A stretch of DNA of 64,000 nucleotides from Patescibacteria group bacterium (GTDB taxonomy: Bacteria; Patescibacteriota; Patescibacteriia; XYB2-FULL-38-15): positions 10,164 to 74,163 of the forward strand of contig JBAZEY010000005.1 in NCBI GenBank assembly GCA_041653675.1, written 5' to 3'. The translations under genes and the position numbers were made by a program. The notes beneath the pieces were generated by a model. That model was not told the origin of the DNA, ran no database searches, and saw only the letters and a list, made by a program, of their open reading frames with translations. Positions 28,348 through 37,589 of this stretch are shown one piece after another. The first letter of the stretch is position 1. Every line of letters begins with the position of its first letter.

Positions 28348-30081
28348 CTACTCCTGCGTCGCGCGCAAAACTTCTTCTACCGTCGTCAATCCTTCAAGCA
28401 CCTTTAAAAATCCATCTTGCTTCATATTGACCATGCCCTGATTTTTTCTTTCCTCATTAAAATTTTTGATATTAAATCCCTCGGCGATAATTCTTTTTAA
28501 ATTATCCGTAACTTCCAGAACTTCCGAAATTACAACTCGGCCAATATAACCTTCATTATTACAACGAGTGCAGCCTGCTCCGTGCCAAAGCTTAAGAGAA
28601 GAATCTAAATCAACTCCTGGCGGAAAAAATTTCTTCGGCATAGAAGCTAATTCTTTTTTGATATTTTCCGTGACCTCGGCGGGTACAGTAATCTCTTCCT
28701 TGCAATAAGAACAAATTTTTCTAACTAATCGCTGCGCGATGACTACGTTTAAAGTCGATGACAACAAAAATGGTTCTACTTTCATATCAATCAAACGCGG
28801 AATAGATCCAGCGGCGTCATTTGTATGCAGAGTAGAAAAAATTAAATGGCCAGTAAGCGCCGCGTGAATCGCGAGTTCAGCTGTTTCATTATCGCGAATT
28901 TCACCAACCATAATTATATTTGGATCCTGGCGCAAAAGAGAACGAAGCCCGGCCGCAAAAGAAAATCCAATTTCTGGCCTAATTTGCGATTGGTTTATCC
29001 CGCTAATATAATATTCTATCGGGTCTTCTAGGGTAACAATATTAATTCCCTCGCGGTTCACCATAGAAAGCGCCGTATAGAGGGTCGTTGATTTACCAGA
29101 ACCAGTCGGACCAGTAACGAGCAACAATCCATGCGGCCTTTTTATTTCTCGGCTGATAATTTCCACCGCCTGCCCACGAAACCCAAGATCTTCAAGAGAA
29201 ATAGCTTTTGTTGCTGTCTCCAAAACTCTCATCACAACTTTTTCTTGATCCATTAAGGGCAAAGTAGAAATACGAAAATCAACATTGCGGCCATTTATTA
29301 CCTGCCTGATTCTGCCGTCCTGCGGAATTCTCGTCTCGTCCAATTTTAAATTCGCCAAAACTTTGATTCTCGCAATCACGGCCGCGTGAATATAAGCCGG
29401 CAACGCGAGGCGAGGCCGAAGAACACCGTCAATTCTATAGCGAACTCTTGATTCTTTAAACGCGGGTTCAATATGAATATCTGAAGCCTTATTATCAACC
29501 GCATATTTCATAATCATCGCGACCATTTTGGAAACAGGCGCTTTTTTAATCGCTTCCGCCACCTCACCCACCGGAATCTCTTCAATTTCCTTTTCCTCCT
29601 CCCTAAATCTTTCTTCTGCTATTTCCAAAACCTTTTCTACCTCTTTTTTCAAAATCTCATATTTTTTTACGGCGTCCCGGAAACTAGCTGGGGAAATTAT
29701 AAAATATTTAACGGAGAAATTTTTTTCTTTAGCCAAAAAATTAATCGATTCCATGGCTGCAATATTTCCAGGATTTATCATGCCAACATTTACCGTACCA
29801 TCGAGTTTTTCAAAAGCAACGACATGGTTATTCTCCGCGACATCTTTCGAAATAATATTTAAATCTTCATATTTTATTTCTTTGCCAACCAAATTAACAT
29901 AAGGCAAATTAAAAACACGGCCCTTCATTTCGGCCAGCTTTTCTTCCTCAATCTGGCCAGATTCATCAATAAGGGCTTCTATGCTTTTTCCTGTTTTTTG
30001 GCTCTCCTCCATTAATACACCCGCTTTTGCGCCATCAATTAACTTCTCTTGGAGCAGAACACTGAGCAAGGGACTGTCCAT
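28348..30081 (-). CDS. pilB: Type IV pilus assembly ATPase (GspE/PilB family)
   Basis: N-terminal T2SSE_N-like domain. Walker A LLVTGPTGSGKSTT. C-terminal tetracysteine CSYCKEE...CTRCNNEGY. 577 aa. Confidence 0.9.
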   Translation of the reverse strand: MDSPLLSVLLQEKLIDGAKAGVLMEESQKTGKSIEALIDESGQIEEEKLAEMKGRVFNLPYVNLVGKEIKYEDLNIISKDVAENNHVVAFEKLDGTVNVGMINPGNIAAMESINFLAKEKNFSVKYFIISPASFRDAVKKYEILKKEVEKVLEIAEERFREEEKEIEEIPVGEVAEAIKKAPVSKMVAMIMKYAVDNKASDIHIEPAFKESRVRYRIDGVLRPRLALPAYIHAAVIARIKVLANLKLDETRIPQDGRIRQVINGRNVDFRISTLPLMDQEKVVMRVLETATKAISLEDLGFRGQAVEIISREIKRPHGLLLVTGPTGSGKSTTLYTALSMVNREGINIVTLEDPIEYYISGINQSQIRPEIGFSFAAGLRSLLRQDPNIIMVGEIRDNETAELAIHAALTGHLIFSTLHTNDAAGSIPRLIDMKVEPFLLSSTLNVVIAQRLVRKICSYCKEEITVPAEVTENIKKELASMPKKFFPPGVDLDSSLKLWHGAGCTRCNNEGYIGRVVISEVLEVTDNLKRIIAEGFNIKNFNEERKNQGMVNMKQDGFLKVLEGLTTVEEVLRATQE

Positions 30082-30082
30082 A

Positions 30083-30325
30083 TTAAAACTTCATAAAAGG
30101 ATCAATTTTTCCTTTTTGGCCAACTTCAATTGGCAATGTGATATTTTGTTTTAGATCGTTAAATTTTTCTTCAGAAAAAATTTTGGTATCAAAACTAGTA
30201 TCGATAGTTTTTCCGGCGCTCAAAACACTTTCCGTCTCGCCGATTATTAGCATGCTATACAAAAAATATCCGCCTCCGGCAATAATGAACAATATAACTA
30301 TTAAAATAAGTGCTCTCTTTTTCAT
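30083..30325 (-). CDS. Small single-TM protein in the pilus operon
   Basis: 80 aa. MKKRALILIVILFIIAGGGYFLY... Confidence 0.4.
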   Translation of the reverse strand: MKKRALILIVILFIIAGGGYFLYSMLIIGETESVLSAGKTIDTSFDTKIFSEEKFNDLKQNITLPIEVGQKGKIDPFMKF

Positions 30326-30336
30326 AAAATTAATTT

Positions 30337-30966
30337 TTAAAAACTAACCGCCGCAGAACTGCTTTGTGCCGGCACCACCCGATAAGTTTTTAAATTTAAA
30401 GTATAAGAAGTTGTTTCTGGCGTATAATTTATCGATATTAGGTCTATCAATCTTAAATTTTCTTCCAGGTCGGCTAAAAAATTTTTAAAATCTCCGTATG
30501 CATTTTCCGAATCAGGGCTCGCAGTTAAATTCAAAGAAACCTGGACTTCACTGACCCCTAAATTTTTTAAATCCCCCGCCGCTTCTTTTTCACTTATATC
30601 AACTGCCAAAACAATAATTTTGTTTTTTTGAGCCAAGGATTCAAACAAGGAAAATAACCCCGCCTCATCAACTTCACTGGGCAGCATCGTTTCTATTTTT
30701 TCCCTTTTTTCAGAAGAAATATCAGCGTAATTTTCTAATAATTTATTTGTGCCGCGAAAAAAATTAGACTCATCTTCCAATGCCTTCTTTTGCGAAATAA
30801 TTTTTTCTTGAGCGTCAACTAATCGGCCATATTCCGGCCAAACTAAAATATATCCCGCAACCGCGAAAATTACTATCAATAAAATTAAGAGCAACGACGA
30901 AGATGTTTTTTTCTTCATCTCCGGCTCTTCCTTTGGTTTGGGCTTTGTTTCTTCTACCTTCGCCAT
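30337..30966 (-). CDS. PilO-like pilus assembly protein (N-terminal TM plus coiled-coil plus periplasmic domain)
   Basis: Architecture and position between the PilN-like gene and pilB. 209 aa. Confidence 0.45.
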   Translation of the reverse strand: MAKVEETKPKPKEEPEMKKKTSSSLLLILLIVIFAVAGYILVWPEYGRLVDAQEKIISQKKALEDESNFFRGTNKLLENYADISSEKREKIETMLPSEVDEAGLFSLFESLAQKNKIIVLAVDISEKEAAGDLKNLGVSEVQVSLNLTASPDSENAYGDFKNFLADLEENLRLIDLISINYTPETTSYTLNLKTYRVVPAQSSSAAVSF

Positions 30967-30984
30967 AACTATTTTATTCTACAA

Positions 30985-32016
30985 TTATTTCAAAAAAATT
31001 TCCGAACTAAGCTGCAGTTTCGCATCAAAATTAACCTCCACCACGTTCCCCTCGGTATCAACGCTTGCCGAGGCAGACATAATAGAAACTTTAGAAACTC
31101 GGTCGTCGGCCCGGAAGGAAACGATCTGTCTTGCCATTGCTCTATAACTTTTCGCCACGCCCGACAGAACAACCTGTCCATCGCTTCCTCCAATTAAATT
31201 AACAAAATAAACATCTGCCACGGTATTTTTTTCCAAAAAGGAGAAAAAGTTTGTCCAATAAATATGGCTTCCTAAAAGTTTATCCGCTGTTTTTAATTTT
31301 TTTTGAAAAAATTGCGCCTGATCTTTTTCCAGGGCTAGTTCCCTATTTTTTTTATCCATCACTTCCAAATCTGCTTCAACTTTTTGTAAAACTAACTCTG
31401 TTTTATTTTCATACCATTTCAATGCCAAATATGCTCCCACTCCGATAAATGCCAAAATAACTGCCACGACGACAAGGAGAATTATCTGCCTTGATTTTCC
31501 CCTTTTTTCTTTTACGGCTACTTCCTCCACTGGAATTAAAGTAATATCAGTTTTTTTATCAGTGGAAATTTTTTCCCCGGACGGCTTTGATAAATTTGTC
31601 TTTGGGGCGGAGTTTTGCGGCCGCTTCATTTCAATTTTCTGCGGCGGTCTTTGTTCTATAATTGGTCTTGGTGGAGGCAAAATTGGTTTTAGCGGGAGCG
31701 GCGGAGAAAACCGAGTTGGCGGAGGGGGAGAAACCGGAGCAGCTTTTGGAACCTCTTTTTGCATCTTAAAAACAGAAAGGTCTGATTCTTCAGCCTGACC
31801 TGTTTGTTTTGGCGGAGGAGAAATTGGCTTTAGTGTTTGTTTTGAACTAAAAAATTTCCCCATGAAAGTTGATTTTTGGGGCTTCTCCTCCGTTTCGGGA
31901 ACGAATAATTTTACTTCTGGCCGCTCTTCCTTTTTTCTTTTTTCTTCCGGCCTCTGAAGTTCTAGAGGCAGCAACTCAATATCATCGTTCCCGTTGTTTT
32001 TGTTGCCGTTTGGCAT
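30985..32016 (-). CDS. PilN-like pilus assembly protein with Pro-rich N-terminal region
   Basis: Single TM (IILLVVVAVILAFIGVGAYLAL) followed by a PilN-like domain. Lies immediately downstream of pilM. Confidence 0.45.
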   Translation of the reverse strand: MPNGNKNNGNDDIELLPLELQRPEEKRKKEERPEVKLFVPETEEKPQKSTFMGKFFSSKQTLKPISPPPKQTGQAEESDLSVFKMQKEVPKAAPVSPPPPTRFSPPLPLKPILPPPRPIIEQRPPQKIEMKRPQNSAPKTNLSKPSGEKISTDKKTDITLIPVEEVAVKEKRGKSRQIILLVVVAVILAFIGVGAYLALKWYENKTELVLQKVEADLEVMDKKNRELALEKDQAQFFQKKLKTADKLLGSHIYWTNFFSFLEKNTVADVYFVNLIGGSDGQVVLSGVAKSYRAMARQIVSFRADDRVSKVSIMSASASVDTEGNVVEVNFDAKLQLSSEIFLK

Positions 32017-32068
32017 AACTTCAAAAATACCAGCGCAAAAACTAAGTATTTAATTTTTTATCTTTAAT

Positions 32069-33121
32069 TTATTCTAATTCACGCATTGCGAGTCCTATCG
32101 CCACGGAAAATTTTGGTCCGACTTGGTCTAAAATGGGACGTAATTCTTCGGGATAAATTATTCTCGCCCAAGGATTTCCAGCATAAACTCTCATACTAAG
32201 CGCGCCCGAAAGATATTCAACAAAATTCGGAAGAAGCGCTCCCCCGCCGGTCAAAATAACTTTTTCAATTTTTTTGCCCGACCCACCCTCTTGATTTTGA
32301 TAAATATTCGCGCAATATTTAATTTCATTCAAAAGCATCGAGAGTGCTCTTTCTACGATTTTAGAAACCCCTCCGCCCGCGCCCGGCGACATTCCAGCGT
32401 CGTATTTCATCTGCTCAGCCTGATTAAAATCAATTCCAAGGCTCGCGGCAATTTCTTTAGTAATATTTATTCCACCGACATTTAAAGAACGATTTAAAAA
32501 TGGAACTCCATTTTCAATAATAGAAATCGCAGTGCTCGCCGCGCCCATATCCACTACAATTACCGTAGATTTATCAACGCCCACCAGCGCGCGGACCAAA
32601 GCAAAAGTTTCCGTTTCCAAACTCACAAGATTCAACCCGGCGCCTTTAAAAATATCCAAATATTTTTTGACCAAATTTTTAGCCGCCGCAGTAAGAAGAA
32701 CTCTTGTCGTTTTTTGTGGCACAGCGGGCGTTACGGCGCCGACTGCAGCTTCGGCAGTCAAAACCTTCCAGTCTAAAATCATCTCTTCTAAGGGCAAAGG
32801 GATAATTTTTTTCGCCTCCCACCGCACTGCTTCAGCTAAATCTTTTCCCGGCGCGGATGGAATGTTTATTACTGAACTAAAAACCGACGCGGAAGGCAAT
32901 GCCGCTACTGCTTGTTTTGAAACCGTTCTCGCCTTAGCACAAATTTTTTTAATCAAATCAATTGACCGTTCCGGGGTTTCCGTAAATTCTTTCTCTGGAT
33001 AACCAACACTTTGTTCCGTGTAACCGTAAGTCAAAAGCCTCGCCCTCCCGGCTTCTTCTTTTAATTCTACAATTTTGATGCTCGTCGCGCCCAAATCAAC
33101 GCCCAAAAAACTTTTGGTCAT
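32069..33121 (-). CDS. pilM: Type IV pilus assembly protein PilM (actin-like ATPase fold)
   Basis: MTKSFLGVDLGATSIKIVELKEEAGRARLL... plus the downstream ...ILTGGGALLPN... match PilM/FtsA-like motifs. 350 aa. Confidence 0.8.
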   Translation of the reverse strand: MTKSFLGVDLGATSIKIVELKEEAGRARLLTYGYTEQSVGYPEKEFTETPERSIDLIKKICAKARTVSKQAVAALPSASVFSSVINIPSAPGKDLAEAVRWEAKKIIPLPLEEMILDWKVLTAEAAVGAVTPAVPQKTTRVLLTAAAKNLVKKYLDIFKGAGLNLVSLETETFALVRALVGVDKSTVIVVDMGAASTAISIIENGVPFLNRSLNVGGINITKEIAASLGIDFNQAEQMKYDAGMSPGAGGGVSKIVERALSMLLNEIKYCANIYQNQEGGSGKKIEKVILTGGGALLPNFVEYLSGALSMRVYAGNPWARIIYPEELRPILDQVGPKFSVAIGLAMRELE

Positions 33122-33150
33122 ATTTTAACAATTAACTCTTAACAATTATT

Positions 33151-33165
33151 TTATTATAGCACAAA
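33151..33165 (-). promoter_or_regulatory. Extended -10 promoter TTTTTGTGCTATAATAAA upstream of pilM
   Basis: Same 17-mer as at 16124 and 34770. Confidence 0.45.
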
Positions 33166-33184
33166 AATAAACCCATAACCAATT

Positions 33185-34765
33185 CTACGGCGCCGCCTCC
33201 CGCCAAATAGGCAAAGCACTCATTAAATCAGCCATTCCTGGCGGCGTATTGGCAATTACTCGGCCGTCATAAATAACTTGTTCTGAACCTCGTTCCGCTG
33301 ACTGCCAAAGCCTTTCAAATCTAAACATTTTAGTCAGCATCAGCCCACGCACCGTAAGAGGTTCATCTGTCCGGCGGTTATTGGTTGTTCCAGTACTAAT
33401 TTCTTGCTCCGCGTAAAATGCTCCCACCATCTTTTTAACCGCGGGATTTACTATAATTTTCCCCTTTGTGCCGGAACCATCATCAACTACAAGCCATCCG
33501 ACCGAAGCTAAATTTTTTAAATTGGAAACCGCACCGACTTGATAGGAAAGATCGCCCGTGATAGTTAAATTTCCCTTAACAACAATTAAACCCGAACCGT
33601 CCTGCCTTCCTGAACCATTACTAAAAGTTTTGGCGCCAACTGTTAAATCGCCATTTTTATAATAAACCTTTCCGGCGAGTAAATTCGGGATGTCTGCTTC
33701 ATTATTAATATTTTGCACGGTTCCATATTTTCCAGCTAAAATTCCCGCCAAATCAATTTTCCCGAAAACATTTGTGTAGAGATTCCCCGTCTTGGGAAAA
33801 TTAAAATTTTCAAAAGGAGTTCTGACGCATCCTTCGCCGCTTCTGAAATTAGTAATCGCGCCAGTAGATAAAATACAATAAGTCGCGTTATATTTTCCAA
33901 TCAATTCCACAAAAGCGCTTGGCGATTCAACTGAAAGTTTGCCATAAATTTCTCCGTATTTTGTTTCAAGCCAAGGTGAGGCTAAACCAAGCCCGCCCGG
34001 CGTAGGAGAAAAATTAATCCATCCGGCTCCGACAGCCGGATCATTATTTCCATTCCACGCCCAACCAACAATTCTCCCATTTTGCCGATCAACCGAAACG
34101 CCGTATTTATCGCAAAAAGTACAAGAGTTACAGGTGTCTTCCGATGCCCCGCGCACGCAGTCAAAACACATGTCACAAATATTTCCGATTCCTGTTTCTG
34201 ACGGATCGGGAAATTTATCAGTAAAACAAATATTACATTGATAATCAATAACTGGCGGATCTCCAGGAATTTCCACGTCTTGGCAATCAGTGCAAGCCCG
34301 ATATGGACCGCCCGGCATTCCGGCATCCGGCCCACGGAGTTTTAACCATCCCTCATCGCCCAACGCTAAAACTTTTGCCCAACCCGTAATTCTGCCGCGC
34401 ACTTTATCATAAATCGCGCGCGCCACGTCTCCGCCCGGCGCGAGTTCTCCGTCGGGATTTCCAAAACGCACCCAACCAATATTTTCTGACCAAAGATAAC
34501 CATCAACTGTTCCGTCATCTTCCACATTCATGCCATAATCAATTCTCCCGGCATCAGGACATAATCCTAAATTAGAACAATTCGCCGAAAACCAACCAAA
34601 ATTATCCGACGACCACGCCCAACCAGCTACGTTGTCTTCCTCCCCGGCTTGAGCTTCCTTGTTTTTTTCTTTTACTAACAAAAAAGCACTGATTAAAAAA
34701 AGAAAAACAAAAATCAGCGCCAATTTAAAAATTTTGCTGCCAAGGATTTTTCTTGCCTTTTCCAT
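33185..34765 (-). CDS. Secreted/anchored Cys-rich protein with repeated GWxW motifs. First gene of the pilus cluster and a candidate pilus-associated adhesin.
   Basis: N-terminal signal/anchor (IFKLALIFVFLFLISAFLLV). Central region has >20 Cys (CTDCQD, CNICF, CDMCFDCV, CNSCTFC). Repeated GWAWSS/IGWVRF/VGWAWNG motifs. Confidence 0.5.
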   Translation of the reverse strand: MEKARKILGSKIFKLALIFVFLFLISAFLLVKEKNKEAQAGEEDNVAGWAWSSDNFGWFSANCSNLGLCPDAGRIDYGMNVEDDGTVDGYLWSENIGWVRFGNPDGELAPGGDVARAIYDKVRGRITGWAKVLALGDEGWLKLRGPDAGMPGGPYRACTDCQDVEIPGDPPVIDYQCNICFTDKFPDPSETGIGNICDMCFDCVRGASEDTCNSCTFCDKYGVSVDRQNGRIVGWAWNGNNDPAVGAGWINFSPTPGGLGLASPWLETKYGEIYGKLSVESPSAFVELIGKYNATYCILSTGAITNFRSGEGCVRTPFENFNFPKTGNLYTNVFGKIDLAGILAGKYGTVQNINNEADIPNLLAGKVYYKNGDLTVGAKTFSNGSGRQDGSGLIVVKGNLTITGDLSYQVGAVSNLKNLASVGWLVVDDGSGTKGKIIVNPAVKKMVGAFYAEQEISTGTTNNRRTDEPLTVRGLMLTKMFRFERLWQSAERGSEQVIYDGRVIANTPPGMADLMSALPIWREAAP

Positions 34766-34769
34766 GCTT

Positions 34770-34784
34770 TAATTATAGCACAAA
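34770..34784 (-). promoter_or_regulatory. Extended -10 TTTTGTGCTATAATTAAAGC directly abutting the ATG (leaderless) of the 526-aa gene
   Basis: The -10 hexamer ends 6 nt before the ATG at 34765. Confidence 0.45.
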
Positions 34785-34885
34785 ATTACCGATCCGTATG
34801 CTGACCTGCCACGTACGAATTAAAGATTTTTGATGTTTTCAATGACAATTAATTTTACCTCCGTTGCTCCGCCGGAAACATTAAT

Positions 34886-35302
34886 TTATTTAAACTTCGT
34901 ACTGTGGTCAATCGCCTCATTAACCAATTTATCCGCTTCTTTATTTTTTTCCCGCGGCACATGAGTAAAAGTCGCTTTTTTAAAACCCATGCTCAAATTC
35001 CAAACCTGAACAAAAAGCGCCGCTAAATCTTTATCCTTAACTTTATATTCGCGATTTATTTGTTTCACAACCAGCTCGCTATCCAGAAAAAAATTTAATT
35101 CCTCTGCGCCAATTTTTTTTACCTCTTCAAGCGCCAAAATCACGGCTTTGTACTCTGCTTGATTATTTGTCGCCTCGCCAATATATTTTTTGTGCTGCCC
35201 AACCAACTCGTTGCCATTCCAAATCACAACGCCAATTCCCGCCGGTCCGGGATTTCCCCGCGCCCCACCATCGGTAAAAATTTGAAGTTTGTTATAAATC
35301 AT
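34886..35302 (-). CDS. rnhA: Ribonuclease HI
   Basis: MIYNKLQIFTDGGARGNPGPAGIGVV...EYKAVILALEE... is an RNase H fold. The track ORF extends to a TTG at 35332. An alternative duplicated start exists 170 bp upstream. Confidence 0.85.
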   Translation of the reverse strand: MIYNKLQIFTDGGARGNPGPAGIGVVIWNGNELVGQHKKYIGEATNNQAEYKAVILALEEVKKIGAEELNFFLDSELVVKQINREYKVKDKDLAALFVQVWNLSMGFKKATFTHVPREKNKEADKLVNEAIDHSTKFK

Positions 35303-35460
35303 AATGTTAAATAAAATTAACGCCCGGACCAAGGAAAGGGGTCGGGAAAACGCAGTTTTCCCGTAGCGGAAATATTAAAACCGAGGGGTTTTAAAGAGGC
35401 GTGAAGCGCCGATGGTCTGGGATTTCCCCGCGCCCCACCATCGGTAAAAATTTGAAGTTT
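35244..35460. repeat. 42-47-bp direct repeat (35244-35290 and 35414-35460), each containing codons ~4-18 of rnhA, flanking repeat element copy B
   Basis: AAACTTCAAATTTTTACCGATGGTGGGGCGCGGGGAAATCCC(A/G)GACC occurs twice, 170 bp apart. The upstream copy follows its own ATG (MAYQKLQIFTDGGARGNP...). Confidence 0.6.
35300..35415. repeat. Structured repeat element, copy B (reverse complement matches 3503-3606)
   Basis: Reverse-complement core is TTAAAACCCcTCGGTTTTAATATTTCCGCtACGGGAAAACTgcGTTTTCCCGACCCCTTTCC. Stems are conserved and loops differ. Flank hairpin GGCG/CGCC vs GACGC/GCGTC in copy A. Confidence 0.6.
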
Positions 35461-35473
35461 TTGATATGCCATA

Positions 35474-37198
35474 TTATTCACTCATTTTTAAATCAATAAT
35501 TTTCATCTGCAACTCCCTATTTCCATTCCACTCATTGACATCTACTTCAAAAACTACGTCAACTTTATCTCCCACTTTTAATTTCTGGCACCACTCACCA
35601 AAACAAAAACCGATAAATTTTTTCCGAACACCATTCCCCTGACTTAAACTTATTCTTAAATGATTTCCGTTTGTGCCCACACTCTCAAAACTTTCCACCG
35701 CAAAACCTCTCCCCAAATACTTTGGCCGCTCATTTGCCCTACCAAACGGAGCGAATTTTTCTAAAAGTTCAAACAACTCCCAATTTATTTTTTCCAAACG
35801 CACTTCTGCGTCAATATTCAACGTCCGTACAAGTTCCATGCCGGCTAATTTTTTTTCCGCGATTTTTTTTAATATTTTTTCAAATTTTTTTAAATCTTTT
35901 TTATTCTTTAAAGTAAACCCGCAGGCTCCGGCGTGTCCGCCATAATGGGATAAAAGTTCTCTTGTCTCGTGGAGGCTTTCGGTAATATCAAATTCAGGAA
36001 TACTTCTGCCTGAACCCATAATATCTTCTTCCCTTTCGGTCATGATAAAAGTCGGCCGCCAAAAATTTTCGGCAATTTTCCCAGCAACTAAACCCACAAT
36101 CCCGACTGGCCATCCTTCTCCCTTGGCAAATAAAATTTTCTGTTCACCAATGTCTTCTCCAATTTGCGCCTTTGCCTCGGCCATAACCCGCTCGCTCAAA
36201 CTCTGCCGTCCTTCATTAGTCTTATTTAGAGAACTAACCAATTCATCAACTTCATTTGCGTCATCCGTTTTTAAAAGTTCGTAAGCTTGATTCGCGTGGT
36301 CAATTCTGCCAGCGGCATTCAGGCGCGGCCCGATTTGAAAAGCTACATTCTTTGCGTCAAGATCTTTATTTTTATTTAATCCCAAGGACTCAATTAACTT
36401 TTTTAAACCAATCCGTTGTGTTTTATTCAAAACTAAAAGACCGTATTTTACCAAAGTGCGATTCTCTCCCAAAAGCGGCATAATATCAGTAATCGTTGCG
36501 ATTGCTACTAAATCCAACAGCCATTTTTCAAATCCTTCGGGATCAATTTTAAAATCCAAAGTTTTAAATTTGGGGCTTCGAAGAATTGCTTGCACCAATT
36601 TAAAAGCCACTCCCGCCCCAGCTAATTCGCGAAATGGGTATTTTTCGCGAGCAAGATGCGGATCAATAATCGCGAAAGCAGCTTCTGGTAAATTTGGCGG
36701 CTCGGCGTGATGGTCGGTAATAATCACATCCATACCAAGTTCCGTGGCTCTTTTTATTTCCAGCCGGTTACTAATTCCGCAGTCCGTTGTGATTATTAAA
36801 TTTACTCCATTTTTCCCAAGTTCTTCCACGGTTTGCATATTAAGTCCATAACCTTCAAGCTCGCGATGAGGCAAATAAACCTGGGCGTCAGCACCCATTG
36901 CCGAAAGAGTAGCTACCATAACCAACGCCGAACAAACTCCATCGGCGTCGTAATCACCATGAACTGTAATTTTTTCCTTTTTCTCTATGGCTAGAAAAAC
37001 CCGATCCACTGCTTTTTCCATATCTAAAAATAAAAACGGATCGTGAATATCCTGGCTATAATCGGGATATAAAAATTCATCAATCTTTTCCTGAGTCTTA
37101 ACACCCCGGTTAGCAAGCAATTGCAAAATTACCGGATCAATCTCCGGAAATTTATTTTTAAATTCTTCGCTGATTGTTTCGGCTACCCGCCACTTCAT
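35474..37198 (-). CDS. recJ: Single-stranded-DNA-specific exonuclease RecJ
   Basis: DHH motifs (...TVHGDYDADGVCS..., ...ITTDCGIS..., ...IITDHH...) and a DHHA1 C-terminal domain. 574 aa. Confidence 0.9.
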   Translation of the reverse strand: MKWRVAETISEEFKNKFPEIDPVILQLLANRGVKTQEKIDEFLYPDYSQDIHDPFLFLDMEKAVDRVFLAIEKKEKITVHGDYDADGVCSALVMVATLSAMGADAQVYLPHRELEGYGLNMQTVEELGKNGVNLIITTDCGISNRLEIKRATELGMDVIITDHHAEPPNLPEAAFAIIDPHLAREKYPFRELAGAGVAFKLVQAILRSPKFKTLDFKIDPEGFEKWLLDLVAIATITDIMPLLGENRTLVKYGLLVLNKTQRIGLKKLIESLGLNKNKDLDAKNVAFQIGPRLNAAGRIDHANQAYELLKTDDANEVDELVSSLNKTNEGRQSLSERVMAEAKAQIGEDIGEQKILFAKGEGWPVGIVGLVAGKIAENFWRPTFIMTEREEDIMGSGRSIPEFDITESLHETRELLSHYGGHAGACGFTLKNKKDLKKFEKILKKIAEKKLAGMELVRTLNIDAEVRLEKINWELFELLEKFAPFGRANERPKYLGRGFAVESFESVGTNGNHLRISLSQGNGVRKKFIGFCFGEWCQKLKVGDKVDVVFEVDVNEWNGNRELQMKIIDLKMSE

Positions 37199-37335
37199 AA
37201 AAATATTATTCTACTAAAACATTGGCGCTACCGTCCAAATAACCATGGATAAAACAATCATGGCGCTTAAAATTATCCAAACGATTTTTAATAAATTTCT
37301 TTTTTTCATAAATAAATTAAAAAATAAATATTGGA

Positions 37336-37350
37336 CTATTATAACACATC
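37336..37350 (-). promoter_or_regulatory. Extended -10 promoter AGATGTGTTATAATAG upstream of a 32-aa hydrophobic mini-ORF and recJ
   Basis: Same TGTGTTATAAT as the pilA promoter. A possible 32-aa ORF (MKKRNLLKIVWIILSAMIVLSMVIWTVAPMF) lies at ~37217-37312. Confidence 0.4.
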
Positions 37351-37353
37351 TTT

Positions 37354-37380
37354 TAAAACAAAAACACCGCCAGAAGGCGG
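37354..37380 (-). terminator. Intrinsic terminator CCGCC-AGAA-GGCGG followed by TGTTTTTGTTTT on the minus strand, terminating the island 3 transcript
   Basis: Read directly. Confidence 0.6.
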
Positions 37381-37589
37381 AGTTCTTGTGTGGGATTTAA
37401 AGATAGTCAAAAATGACTAAAATTTTGTTTTTGTTATTAATCCCTTTTCTCTAAACCATTTCGCTGATTTAGAGGAAAGGGACTTGGAGCAAGATCCTGT
37501 CACGCCTCGATTTCTCGATTTGTGAACAGTGTCTGCATTGCACAGACTACTTGCTCCAAGAAAATGTTGGAAGGAACGAACTGGCAGAA

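Noticed and set aside
33982-34335. 117-aa ORF inside the Cys-rich 526-aa gene
   Set aside because: Same-strand alternative frame within a longer, better-supported ORF.
35414-35472. Upstream rnhA-like start (MAYQKLQIFTDGGARGNP...) as a separate gene
   Set aside because: Reads into the repeat element and terminates after ~50 codons with no RNase H body. Treated as a duplicated 5' fragment and not called as a CDS or pseudogene.
37463-37480. 9-10-nt match (CCAAGTCCC) between the island 3 downstream region and the tRNA-Gln 3' end, as a possible distant att site
   Set aside because: Too short to distinguish from chance. The implied 16-kb element would contain lepA, murJ, ackA and other core genes, which is implausible.
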